From the NCBI GenBank assembly GCA_011364905.1, contig RDNZ01000008.1, positions 16,923-80,922 of the forward strand: a stretch of DNA of 64,000 nucleotides. The letters are read 5' to 3'. Positions within the stretch are counted from its first letter, which is position 1. Each line of letters begins with the position of its first letter. The notes beneath the pieces were generated by a model that did not search any database, had not been told where the DNA came from, and saw only the letters and a list, made by a program, of their open reading frames with translations. The translations under genes and the position numbers were made by a program. Shown piece by piece: positions 53,587-62,922 of the stretch. The stretch comes from Candidatus Thorarchaeota archaeon (GTDB lineage Archaea > Asgardarchaeota > Thorarchaeia > Thorarchaeales > Thorarchaeaceae).

Positions 53587-54540
53587 TTGTTGGTCAGAGA
53601 TATGACAGACTCGTCACTCGACACCACTGGTGCAAAACGTTTCTACCCAATGGCATTCCTGTCTATAATTAGGCCACAGAATTGCATTATTGGTGGTCTT
53701 ACAGTGATCGCAGGAATCGCTATGGCTTACAACATCGCTGGCATTGGCACATTATCAGATTACTTCGTCTTGTTCGTTTATGGTTACATTACGTACTTTT
53801 TCGTAGCCGCAGGAGGCAATGTTGTCAATGACATTTTTGACATTGAAATCGACAAGATTAATCGTCCCCATCGAGCATTACCCAGTGGACGGATGACTGT
53901 AAGGCAAGCATGGATGTTTGTCGGTTTCTTGAGTGTTGCTGGACTCCTGTTTGCATTACTAACAGGTATCTATAGCGCTCTCATTGTTCTCATCTTTGAG
54001 ATTGTAGGATACGCTTACGCTGCCAAAGTAAAAACCTTGGGGCTCGCAGGAAACTTCATGGTGGCATTTTCATTCGCATTTGGAGTCCTCTATGGTGCTT
54101 TTGTTTTTGGCGAGGCCGTTGGATTCTCATTGACAAGCATTATTCCAGTTCCCCATTGGTTGTTCTTCTTCACTGCTTTTCTAATCCTCCAAGCACGTGA
54201 AACAATCAAAGGCGCAGAGGATGTCGAAGGTGACAAGGCGAGAGACGTGCGAACCATCGCAAGGATTTATGGGTATAATGCAGCAGCAGGAGTTTCCGCA
54301 ATACTCAATTTCATCGGGGTGGTGTGCTATACTCTAATTTGGATTCTAGGCTTTGCCAGTTGGGATCTGTGGCCGCTACTTCTCCTGGGCGCAGGCATTG
54401 TGCTGGGGGCTGGGATTGCCCCGCTCACAGGACCAACGGAAAAGCGGGCTCTTCTGATTGGGAGTACTTTGGACAAAATTGGGGCTCTTGTTGGGCTGAT
54501 TGCTTTTGTAATCATCCCGCTTTATGCGATTTTATTCTAA
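53587..54540 (+). CDS. UbiA-family prenyltransferase, probable digeranylgeranylglyceryl-phosphate synthase
   Basis: IRPQNC, NDIFDIEIDKINRPHRALPSG, RETIKGAEDVEGD; multiple TM helices. Confidence 0.85.
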   Translation: MLVRDMTDSSLDTTGAKRFYPMAFLSIIRPQNCIIGGLTVIAGIAMAYNIAGIGTLSDYFVLFVYGYITYFFVAAGGNVVNDIFDIEIDKINRPHRALPSGRMTVRQAWMFVGFLSVAGLLFALLTGIYSALIVLIFEIVGYAYAAKVKTLGLAGNFMVAFSFAFGVLYGAFVFGEAVGFSLTSIIPVPHWLFFFTAFLILQARETIKGAEDVEGDKARDVRTIARIYGYNAAAGVSAILNFIGVVCYTLIWILGFASWDLWPLLLLGAGIVLGAGIAPLTGPTEKRALLIGSTLDKIGALVGLIAFVIIPLYAILF

Positions 54541-55373
54541 TGCACTTGCCAAAATGTCCACACTAGGACAATCACACATGCTATAGCAACAAGTGTTGCC
54601 CACACAGTTGATGTATCATGCGCTTCTCTAATTCCGAAAATCAGGAGGTATCCCGTCCACAGAAATGCTCCTGTCGTCAGTATATCTATTGTAAACCAGA
54701 TGTTTGAGGTATACGCCCAATCTATCACCAACGGCGTGATTGTAGCCAGAGAACCAGGATTGGAAAAGTCAACCACAGTAGGATAAGGCGGGAGTGCGAC
54801 AAGTACGAAAAGGATTGCCACTAATCGTACAAGAATCACTGGCATCATACTGTATCCGACAATTGAAAGCGTCTTCATTTTGCCCCCTGTACCACCAGTA
54901 AGCTTGAATGCAAAGTGTGCAAAAGCGGTTCCCACAACCAGGTAAATGAGACCTATCATGAGACTCGGCATCATCCCCACAAGTGCTACCAACCATGATG
55001 TGCCTCCTTGGGGACTCAAAAGTAGGTTGGCCTCTCCAATCTGGCCACTTGTTGCATTGACCACAACATAAGTCGTGATTTTGGAGGACAAAGAGAGAAA
55101 CAAACCAGCGATGATTAATGCGTTTATCAGAATTATCATGAACGGTCCTGCGGCATCTGGTCTCTGTCCTATATCGCGATATGTGGCGGCTGGTCTTCTA
55201 ATTACTCCCCACATTCGCTCCCCGGTACCCATAAACTTGACCTCTGGCGACTCTGGTCTCTTCAGCATCGGTAAAATCCTTTCAAGGGTCTCCTCGGCAA
55301 TAGTTTCTTTGCAGACTGGACAAATGGTTGCGTCTGCCGGGACCGGGCTGTCACAGAATTCACAACGCCGCAC
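54537..55373 (-). CDS. Yip1-domain membrane protein with N-terminal zinc ribbon
   Basis: CEFC...CPVC; VIRRPAATYRDI, HFAFKLTGG, VGYSMMP, LLIFGIREAH; about 5 TM helices. Confidence 0.8.
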   Translation of the reverse strand: MRRCEFCDSPVPADATICPVCKETIAEETLERILPMLKRPESPEVKFMGTGERMWGVIRRPAATYRDIGQRPDAAGPFMIILINALIIAGLFLSLSSKITTYVVVNATSGQIGEANLLLSPQGGTSWLVALVGMMPSLMIGLIYLVVGTAFAHFAFKLTGGTGGKMKTLSIVGYSMMPVILVRLVAILFVLVALPPYPTVVDFSNPGSLATITPLVIDWAYTSNIWFTIDILTTGAFLWTGYLLIFGIREAHDTSTVWATLVAIACVIVLVWTFWQVH

Positions 55374-55463
55374 GATTCATCATCTCATAGGGGGTGACGT
55401 ACACAATAGAATGACGCGCCAGTCTATTTAAGCGATTTCCGGTTGTTTCAGTTCTCTTTTTGC

Positions 55464-56123
55464 TCACCACATTTTGAAGTGCCTGAATATTCCTGTTGGA
55501 TAAACAATCAGGAAGGGAACCAATGCATCCCAAATGCTCTGAGATGTATTCAGAATGACTGCATATGTGGCGATGAATTCAGCAGGATAGATGTTACCAT
55601 ATAGGATTGGCACCATCACCAGATTCACCGGGACCATTATGAGAAGTCTCAGAAGAAATGCAACTATCATCGTTGCGATGTAGAAACTGGGCGATGCAAG
55701 TTTTTTGCCTCCAGCTTTTCTTGCAGTAGCATAAACAGCTAGCCAAGGAACAATAATCATAGGTGCTGTGGCTAGGAGTTTGAATATAGGGCCGATTCCT
55801 GATGGATCAAAAAAGAACAGGCCCACAGTACCTGCAAAAGTAGCAACCAATCCCACAAAAATGCCACCTATCAAGAAAGCAATAATCCAAAAGAAAGACA
55901 CTGGATCGAACAGTGCGATGTCCCATCCAGGTACTCTCGGTACTACAGACGCAATCGGTGATGATGCTAGAGAAAGCGCCGCCATTATTGCTGCGAGAGC
56001 TGCCCGTTTCGCCATGTCGCTATGCAGGGAAACCTCTGTAAGCTCAAGCTCATGCGACTTCATTTCCTCATCTTCACTCTCTGACGCCAGTTCAGAGTAC
56101 CCTTGCGTTTCCTCACCCGACAT
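55464..56123 (-). CDS. ECF transporter S component
   Basis: ALAAIMAALS, LFDPVS...IGGIFVG; about 6 TM helices. Confidence 0.7.
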   Translation of the reverse strand: MSGEETQGYSELASESEDEEMKSHELELTEVSLHSDMAKRAALAAIMAALSLASSPIASVVPRVPGWDIALFDPVSFFWIIAFLIGGIFVGLVATFAGTVGLFFFDPSGIGPIFKLLATAPMIIVPWLAVYATARKAGGKKLASPSFYIATMIVAFLLRLLIMVPVNLVMVPILYGNIYPAEFIATYAVILNTSQSIWDALVPFLIVYPTGIFRHFKMW

Positions 56124-56173
56124 GCTTTTGAAGGCGCAGGCAGTATCTTATTAATCTACCCATAATATGTTAA

Positions 56174-56191
56174 ATACTCATAATTGAGTAT
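56174..56191. promoter_or_regulatory. 7-4-7 inverted repeat upstream of the ECF S gene, candidate operator
   Basis: ATACTCA-taat-TGAGTAT next to AT-rich TATA-like elements. Confidence 0.35.
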
Positions 56192-56196
56192 CTGCC

Positions 56197-56652
56197 TTAA
56201 GTCAAATCGTTCAGCAGTCTTTCACTTCTTCCCGGGAAGTCTTCTGATGATGCAGGTTTGAAGTTTGGTCTTCTCATCATGTGAAGCAGTTTTCTTGTTG
56301 GTTCAAGCCAATCTGGATTGATTCTCCATTCCGCCCAATCAATACCTGAGGTAAGCGAAGTCCTACTAAGAATCAAACGCGATGCAACAAGTTCGTTCAT
56401 CCCCTTCAACATAGTTCCAATGGTCACAGCGCCAACTATTGGTCGTTCTTGGCGTGCCGCTCTCAAGAGGTCGGCTGTTGTGACCCAATTTCCATCCTCA
56501 ATCAGAACTTTCAGAACACGTGCTCTGACAGGGTCAGACTCAATAGCTCCTTTTAGAGGGGCAAGATTGATCGGTTGAAGTCTGCGAGAAGCTACTTCAG
56601 GTCTTGACCAATCATCCTGATCGCGATTATTATGGAATGAACTAAAATCCAT
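56197..56652 (-). CDS. Hypothetical winged-helix protein
   Basis: DPVRARVLKVL...AEWRINPDW, ArsR-like pattern. Confidence 0.55.
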   Translation of the reverse strand: MDFSSFHNNRDQDDWSRPEVASRRLQPINLAPLKGAIESDPVRARVLKVLIEDGNWVTTADLLRAARQERPIVGAVTIGTMLKGMNELVASRLILSRTSLTSGIDWAEWRINPDWLEPTRKLLHMMRRPNFKPASSEDFPGRSERLLNDLT

Positions 56653-56765
56653 ACATGTGCACCATAATCAGCAAGTGTTCAAGGCATTTGAAACGCAGTA
56701 TTATCGACATTTCGGTTGTGCATATACCTTACACAACCCTTTAAAGCATCCATTTTATTGTTCTG

Positions 56766-57152
56766 ATGATTACGATGAGTAGTAGGGAGCCAATGGTTGG
56801 TCTATTCAGTAAGAGCTTCGAAAAGCCCTCAGACCTCCTGTGCTGTGCCTTTGGTCTCAGAGATAGTGAGATTGACACGTATTTCACATTGATAGATGGA
56901 CCAAAGACAGTTGAGCAGATAAGCGAGCTCATCGGAAAGGACAGAAGTACTGTACAACGAGTTTTAAACAAGCTTCACAAGAAGAATCTGGTTGACCGCA
57001 GTACTCAGCTTATTGATAGAGGGGGCTATTACTACGAATATAGTGCAATATCCACAGATAAGGTGCGACGAGAGATTCTTGCACAATTAGATGAGTGGTA
57101 CGAAGCAACCAAAAACTTCTTGTTGCAGAGCTGGCCGCAGACGCCTCAGTGA
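56766..57152 (+). CDS. TrmB-like HTH transcriptional regulator
   Basis: LLCCAFGLRDSEIDTYFTL, KDRSTVQRVL, GGYYYEY. Confidence 0.85.
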   Translation: MITMSSREPMVGLFSKSFEKPSDLLCCAFGLRDSEIDTYFTLIDGPKTVEQISELIGKDRSTVQRVLNKLHKKNLVDRSTQLIDRGGYYYEYSAISTDKVRREILAQLDEWYEATKNFLLQSWPQTPQ

Positions 57153-57174
57153 GCTCACGACTGAGGAAGGTTCC

Positions 57175-57735
57175 ATGTCAATTGTACCAGTACGATCTAA
57201 TACTGCTGCATTAACGATGCTAGCAATTATCGCGGCTCTAGGTATTGTCGTTAGGTATGCTGTTCAGATTCCGATTATTCCTAATGTGGTTGTTCTGACA
57301 CCCGGTTTCATGTTTTCAATTCTGGGCGGTATTGTAGGTGGTATTCCGGGAGGTGCGCTTATTGGAGCTATTATTGGAATCTCAGGGGCGTTATCGGGTA
57401 CTGAGCTTCCGATTCTCCCTATGTTTGGAAACATATGTCTTGGTATTGGTTCGGGGTATGCCATTTACTTTGCTAAGCGGGACAATCTGAGGTACTATAT
57501 TCTTGTTATCCTTGGAAGCGGTTTCATAGGAGGATTCATGCCTACCATGACGGTTTTCTATTCTCTCATCGATCCACTCATTGTCAATATGATTGCAGCA
57601 TCAATTGATATGTTCCAAGCATTTCTCTGGGCTTTTGTGGCACTTGTCGTTGAACGAACACTTATCCGCCCAATTGCTGGTAGCTATATCTACTCAGATA
57701 GTGCAATCCGCGAATTACCTCAACAGGAGGACTGA
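57175..57735 (+). CDS. ECF transporter S component-like membrane protein
   Basis: LAIIAALGIV, GGIPGGALIG; about 5-6 TM helices; ATG 57175 with GAGGAAGG upstream. Confidence 0.65.
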   Translation: MSIVPVRSNTAALTMLAIIAALGIVVRYAVQIPIIPNVVVLTPGFMFSILGGIVGGIPGGALIGAIIGISGALSGTELPILPMFGNICLGIGSGYAIYFAKRDNLRYYILVILGSGFIGGFMPTMTVFYSLIDPLIVNMIAASIDMFQAFLWAFVALVVERTLIRPIAGSYIYSDSAIRELPQQED

Positions 57736-57741
57736 GACCAG

Positions 57742-58407
57742 ATGAATGAACCTGAGAATGCAAGGAAGACGGTAACCATTGATATCCGGAAAGACCTCTT
57801 TGGTGCGAACGAGAACGCAGCAGTACTTAATGCTGAAAATTTCAAGGCTCATGGGGTTTTTTCCCTCGATATCATGGGGTCCGTAGGAACAGGTAAGACT
57901 CAACTCATAGAGGCGCTTTGTGAGCGTCTTGGCAAAAAGTATCGTATACTCATGTTTGCCGGGGACCTCGCCACAACAATAGATGCAGACCGTGTAGCAG
58001 CACACGGCGTTGATACAGTCCAGATCAATACTGGGACTGCATGCCATTTAGATGCAAGAATGATTAAGGTTGCACTCCAAAAAGTCAAACTTGCTGACTA
58101 TCATATTGTCTTCATTGAGAATGTCGGGAATCTGATTTGTCCTGCTGGTTATTCCTTGGGTGTAGACAAGAAGGTAGTTGTCGTGAGCGTCACTGAGGGT
58201 CCATACATGATACAAAAGCACCCCCTAACCATCAAAAGCGCTGATATGATTGTTATAAACAAGATTGACCTAGCCGAAGCTCTCGAGTTTGACATTGACG
58301 CCCTCGAAGCAGACATCCGAGAAGTCGATGCCGACCTACCCGTTTTTAGGATAAGTTCGAAAACTGGAGAAGGCATTGAAGAACTGATTGCGGCTTTGAG
58401 TCTATGA
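57742..58407 (+). CDS. hypB: Hydrogenase nickel incorporation GTPase HypB
   Basis: GSVGTGKT, GDLATTIDA, QINTGTACHLDA, ENVGNLICPA, SVTEG, NKID. Confidence 0.95.
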   Translation: MNEPENARKTVTIDIRKDLFGANENAAVLNAENFKAHGVFSLDIMGSVGTGKTQLIEALCERLGKKYRILMFAGDLATTIDADRVAAHGVDTVQINTGTACHLDARMIKVALQKVKLADYHIVFIENVGNLICPAGYSLGVDKKVVVVSVTEGPYMIQKHPLTIKSADMIVINKIDLAEALEFDIDALEADIREVDADLPVFRISSKTGEGIEELIAALSL

Positions 58408-58412
58408 GTTCC

Positions 58413-59081
58413 TCATTTAGAGAGATGCTTTAGAGCCTTGATTACGCCTTGAATGTGACCAGCTCCAAGGACTGCTACGATTCTCCCCTGAACATCATTC
58501 AAGATGAAGTGAAGTGCTTCAGCTACATATTGGTCTCTCTGCTCAATGAGGACGTGTGCAAGATGTGGAAACTCTGATCTGAATTGACTCATGATGTCGT
58601 CTACCGCTCCATCTTCCTTAAGCATGGAGAGAAGATCACTTGCTCCCCCCTCCTCGATGTCTTTGGTTGCATCTGGCAACATACCTGTTAGTTTGTAAAT
58701 TTCCTCTACTGGTACTTGCATCATTGCTTGAACGGTTGCTGAAATCGGACGGTCCACTAGAGCTATTTTAGCTCCAATAGCTCGACCCTCCTCAATCGCG
58801 GCCATCATTTCGTCTCCCACATTTGACCCTGTGATGCCGCCCAGACTACTCTCCAACATGGCAAGTTGCTGCATCAAGTTTTGGGCCATATCTCCGGAAC
58901 TTGGGTCTTGAATCTCTTGGTTTTCTGGAGGATTCATCAACTGATTGTATCTGTCATGATCTAACTCGACTGCCACAACTTCTGGCCTCGTTTCTCTCAC
59001 GACACGTCTTGCCTTGTCCACACTCTCAAGGTCTGTATGAATTACTGATACGAAGATTATTCGCTCTAGTGCGTCAACCAA
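58413..59081 (-). CDS. TraB/GumN-family protein
   Basis: PEVVAVELD, GDEMMAA, LVDRPI, LIEQRDQY, AVLGAGH. Confidence 0.85.
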   Translation of the reverse strand: MVDALERIIFVSVIHTDLESVDKARRVVRETRPEVVAVELDHDRYNQLMNPPENQEIQDPSSGDMAQNLMQQLAMLESSLGGITGSNVGDEMMAAIEEGRAIGAKIALVDRPISATVQAMMQVPVEEIYKLTGMLPDATKDIEEGGASDLLSMLKEDGAVDDIMSQFRSEFPHLAHVLIEQRDQYVAEALHFILNDVQGRIVAVLGAGHIQGVIKALKHLSK

Positions 59082-59273
59082 CCAAGGACACGCTCAAAAC
59101 ATAGATTGCACACTTAGATATCATCTTTTTGTAAAGTTCAAAAATGGAGTAAACGTTTATTGCTTGATAGTCTTTATTCAGGCCCTGTAAAGCCCGAGTA
59201 GTATTAAGAGAAGGTTTTTCATGTACCTAGCGTGTACTACAGACATCCAAAACAAGGGAGTAGGAAGAGAAGC

Positions 59274-59624
59274 ATGACATCTGACTTGGAATTAGCATTT
59301 GCGAAGTTGATTAATCCGCGAATGAGCGCAGGACTAATGGTCCTCTACAGTCTTCTGGAAGATTTGCAGGGTGACCCAGTTGAACCGCGTGAGGTTCGAC
59401 GGGCTGTCGACAAGCGTATTGACAAGAGAAGGGTCTCAAAGCAATCAATAACTAATGCTGCAAGACGACTTGAGGAGGCCAATATCATTGGTCGGAGCGA
59501 GAATCGCTACACGGTGAACTATGGATATCTCCTCTCAGTACTTCTTAACACACTCCTCGAGATGACACATCGCATTGATGACCTTGAGGATGAAATAATT
59601 GCATTGAAGGCGGTTGAACGATAG
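59274..59624 (+). CDS. Hypothetical winged-helix protein with C-terminal coiled coil
   Basis: VSKQSITNAARRLEEANII, RIDDLEDEI. Confidence 0.6.
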   Translation: MTSDLELAFAKLINPRMSAGLMVLYSLLEDLQGDPVEPREVRRAVDKRIDKRRVSKQSITNAARRLEEANIIGRSENRYTVNYGYLLSVLLNTLLEMTHRIDDLEDEIIALKAVER

Positions 59625-59776
59625 TTGTATGGAACTCTTTCTGCTACTCAGGATTTCTAGAAACATGCTCGAAAATGAACATTTGTGGGTTGTGTAATAC
59701 GCACGTTTATCTTAAATAATCGGATGCGATTCCATTTAAGACCCACAACTCCCGTTGTGGTTCGGAGGAAAGACAT

Positions 59777-60148
59777 ATGTCTGGTAAACCAACCGGAGTA
59801 CTAATACTAGCGATTCTGCAGCTCATCGGAGCATTGCTGAATCTATGGGCTGGCGGACTGCTAATTATGGCGGCAATGCTCTTAGGTCCATTTGCATTCC
59901 TATTTGCATTTCCAGCTCTAATCCTATTCATTGTAGGATTAATTGGGTTGATCCTCTTCTATGGTTTGTACACCTTGAAGGGTTGGGCCTGGTTATGGGC
60001 CTTGATATTCAACCTACTGGCAGTTCTAGGCGGTGTTCTGCGCATTGGCGCATTGATGACCGACTACATCGGATTGGCTGGATTCATAGTCAACCTGATT
60101 GTATTCATATACCTGCTACTGCCCTCTACTAGAGCTCACTTCAGGTGA
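59777..60148 (+). CDS. Small 4-TM membrane protein
   Basis: KPTGVLILAIL, YGLYTLKGWAW, IYLLLPSTRAHF; GGAGG SD. Confidence 0.75.
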   Translation: MSGKPTGVLILAILQLIGALLNLWAGGLLIMAAMLLGPFAFLFAFPALILFIVGLIGLILFYGLYTLKGWAWLWALIFNLLAVLGGVLRIGALMTDYIGLAGFIVNLIVFIYLLLPSTRAHFR

Positions 60149-60157
60149 AGCCAAACT

Positions 60158-60203
60158 GAAGTTTTGAACATGTAAATGTTCAGAACTTCCCTCTCTTTTT
60201 TTT
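60158..60203 (+). terminator. 14-bp hairpin plus T8 tract
   Basis: GAAGTTTTGAACAT-gtaa-ATGTTCAGAACTTC then CCTCTCTTTTTTTT. Confidence 0.7.
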
Positions 60204-60221
60204 CAATCGTTTATGCGATTA

Positions 60222-60363
60222 TTACCCAAATAGATTGACTCTCTTTCCTAATCTCTTCTTTTTTGCAGTTTCAAACACCATTCTTACTGCAGCAATGTCT
60301 TGGGCGGAAAGACCAGTTGAATCAAAGATTGTGCTCGCTTTCAGTTTCTCTTCCAGAATTCCG
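60222..60363 (-). pseudogene. C-terminal remnant of ornithine cyclodeaminase/alanine dehydrogenase (mu-crystallin family), frameshifted
   Basis: Minus strand reads SGRETESE, then in another frame TIFDSTGLSAQDIAAVRMVFETAKKKRLGKRVNLFG*; stops immediately upstream in both frames; not in the ORF track. Confidence 0.75.
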
Positions 60364-60456
60364 TTATGTCACACAGCTATCCTTAAGTGCCAAGTCAATG
60401 CCGACTGGATGGCTCTCAACCGGAGGTGAAAGGAAGCATATTCGAGGTGATTCTCA

Positions 60457-61035
60457 TTGAAGAGTGTAGTTCTAAGCATTACTTCAAAGGTATTCAGAGA
60501 AACACTTCCTGTGGTTCTGGGAGCGACCATCGGTGAACTCCTTGCTGGCCTTGTGTTAGGTGGAATGAAAGAGAGTCTTATGCTTCTGCCCGGTCTAATT
60601 GTCTTGATTCCAGCAGTACTTGACCTGCGAGGCTGCATAAGCAGTGCGCTCGGTTCAAGACTTGGTAGTGCTCTGCATCTTGGAGTAATGGGTTGGGACA
60701 AGGGTTTGAACACCGAATTGACATCGAACATCCAAGCTGCTCTGTTTTTGAGTGGTGCAACGTCCGTTTTTGTTGGAGCAGTTGCCTATATGGTCAACAT
60801 GGCCTTAAAGATTCCAACGATTGGTTTCATTGGACTGGTAGGAATTAGCTTTGCTTCTGGCATAATGGCTGCAGTGACACAGGTTACAATTACTATCATC
60901 GTGTCTTTTACGAGCTACAGGAGAGGCTTGGATCCTGATAACATTACGATTCCTGCAATGGCCACAATAGGCGACATACTTGGCGTTACATACATATTTT
61001 TGGTTGCAAGTCTTTATGGAGGTTTCTTGGTATGA
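60457..61035 (+). CDS. MgtE/SLC41-type divalent cation transporter membrane domain (half 1)
   Basis: LIPAVLDLRGCISSALGSRL, GLDPDNITIPAMATIGD; TTG start with GAGGTGA SD. Confidence 0.88.
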   Translation: MKSVVLSITSKVFRETLPVVLGATIGELLAGLVLGGMKESLMLLPGLIVLIPAVLDLRGCISSALGSRLGSALHLGVMGWDKGLNTELTSNIQAALFLSGATSVFVGAVAYMVNMALKIPTIGFIGLVGISFASGIMAAVTQVTITIIVSFTSYRRGLDPDNITIPAMATIGDILGVTYIFLVASLYGGFLV

Positions 61036-61598
61036 GCGAAAAATACACAGCACGACGTATCATAATGGAGAGCTTACCGCTCTTATTGGCGGTGGCAATT
61101 CTCTCTATCATCAGCGGACAAGTTCTTCAGGGACATGAAACCCTCCTTCTAAGTCTCCCTGTTTTCTTACTCATCGTACCCGCCTTTGTTAATCAGAGTG
61201 GCGATATTGCAGCAGTTCTGGCCTCCCGAATCACGACCGAGCTATACACAGGTAGCACACAGAAAAGCATTCTCAAATCTGATAATCTTAAAGGATCTGT
61301 CCTTGGTCTTTTATTGTCCTCATCGATAGGTTTTACATTCTTGACCATACTATCATACTCGGTATCCATGCTGTTAGGATTCAACACGCTTCCCCTTGGA
61401 ACTCTTTGGACTATTATTTTGCTCTCAGGCGTTACAACAATCTTGGCTGTCATGGCTGTTGGACTTATTATCGCGGTTATTACTTTTAGAAAAGGGCTAG
61501 ACCCCGACAACTTCTCTGCTCCTGTTGTCACGACAACAAGTGATGTTATTGGTATTTTCCTTCTTTTCATGTTTGCAAGTCTGTTAGGAGGAATTTGA
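61032..61598 (+). CDS. MgtE/SLC41-type divalent cation transporter membrane domain (half 2)
   Basis: VPAFVNQSGDIAAVLASR, GLDPDNFSAPVVTTTSD; ATGA overlap with half 1. Confidence 0.88.
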   Translation: MSEKYTARRIIMESLPLLLAVAILSIISGQVLQGHETLLLSLPVFLLIVPAFVNQSGDIAAVLASRITTELYTGSTQKSILKSDNLKGSVLGLLLSSSIGFTFLTILSYSVSMLLGFNTLPLGTLWTIILLSGVTTILAVMAVGLIIAVITFRKGLDPDNFSAPVVTTTSDVIGIFLLFMFASLLGGI

Positions 61599-61599
61599 T

Positions 61600-62799
61600 A
61601 TGGGTTCTGAACACACAAAAATCGAGAAAATGAGTTATGAGTTTGTGTCTGCCAAGGACCTTCTTACTTGGATGAAGACATATTCCGAGCTCATGATTGA
61701 CTTGGCATATTCAGCGCTATTGTTCTCAAACGAGGAATTGCGCGACTACGTAATGGAACTTGAAAACAGAGTTGACCGATTGGGCTATCAATTGCTCATG
61801 TCTCTCTCTCTCTCGGTAAGAGATAAAGAGGACGCGGAATTAGCAGTTGGTCTATTTCGAGTGGCTGCCTCTGCAAACAAGATATCTGCAGCAGCAGCAG
61901 ATATGGCAGCACTAGTCGAGTGCGATCATGATATGCACCCCCTCTTCACTGGTATGTTTGCTTACACCGAAGAACGATTGGCTATGGCTCGTGTCGGAGC
62001 AAAGTCTCCACTCATCGGTGAGACTGTAGATGGTATATGGGAGCGATGTGACATCAATGTGGATGTGATCGCAACAAGAATGAATGGTGAATGGCGTCTG
62101 AATCCTCCTTCAACGCATGTGGTTCGTGAAGGTGAAATCCTGTTTGCACGTGGATCAGAGCATGAAATAGAAAGCCTTGAACAGCTTGCAAGTGGCAAAG
62201 TAACACCGAAACCATCAGTAGAGGACAATGAGCCAGAGGAGGCTCTTGAAAGACTGATGCTTGAAATGAAGGAAACCTCTGAATTCATGGTTTCACTATC
62301 TTACGCAGCAGTGACGTTTGATGACGCCGAGTTAGCAGAAGAGGTTTCGGAGATGGAGGACCGATTGGATGATCTTTGCGATATCATGACTAAGGAAATT
62401 CTCTCCATGCAGGGAGATGTGAGTAGACGAGCTGATCTAATCCAAATCGCATTTGCCACGGAACAGATTGCTGATGCCGCGTGGGAGATGGCAATGGTCC
62501 AATTGAGTGGCTTTCAGACTCATCCAATAATCAAGAACATTGTGAATGAAGCCGACGAGATTGTTGCAAAAGTCGTTCTTCCAGAAACAAGCCCCCTCGT
62601 TGATAAGACCCTGAAGGAACTGGCACTTGATGACAACTACGGACTGTATGTCCTATCTGTGAAACGTGAGGGCTTTTGGCTGCATAGACCACTAGGTGAA
62701 CTACGTTTGAAAGTTGGTGACATTCTAATAGTTGATGGCTACAAAGAGGGACTTGCTGAGCTGCGAGAAACCAACTTAGGGAAAGAGCCTCTTGAATAG
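61600..62799 (+). CDS. Duplicated PhoU + TrkA-C (RCK_C) domain protein
   Basis: MKTYSELMIDLAYSALL / MKETSEFMVSLSYAAV; SPLIGETV / SPLVDKTL; GDILIVDG. Confidence 0.85.
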   Translation: MGSEHTKIEKMSYEFVSAKDLLTWMKTYSELMIDLAYSALLFSNEELRDYVMELENRVDRLGYQLLMSLSLSVRDKEDAELAVGLFRVAASANKISAAAADMAALVECDHDMHPLFTGMFAYTEERLAMARVGAKSPLIGETVDGIWERCDINVDVIATRMNGEWRLNPPSTHVVREGEILFARGSEHEIESLEQLASGKVTPKPSVEDNEPEEALERLMLEMKETSEFMVSLSYAAVTFDDAELAEEVSEMEDRLDDLCDIMTKEILSMQGDVSRRADLIQIAFATEQIADAAWEMAMVQLSGFQTHPIIKNIVNEADEIVAKVVLPETSPLVDKTLKELALDDNYGLYVLSVKREGFWLHRPLGELRLKVGDILIVDGYKEGLAELRETNLGKEPLE

Positions 62800-62922
62800 C
62801 TCCTTCAGTTGATTGATTCTCAAGTCACCTTCTACTCATAACCTATCAAAAGCAGCAAAGAGTCTTGCACATTGGAAAGATTCAAGCATGTGCTAGCTTA
62901 GTACTTCATGAGGACAGATTAG

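Noticed and set aside
60235-60460. 64-aa and 65-aa plus-strand ORFs
   Set aside because: Better explained as antisense to the cyclodeaminase remnant plus the MgtE leader
61801-61814. (TC)7 microsatellite in the PhoU/TrkA-C gene
   Set aside because: In frame (encodes SLSLS) and short; no evidence of phase variation
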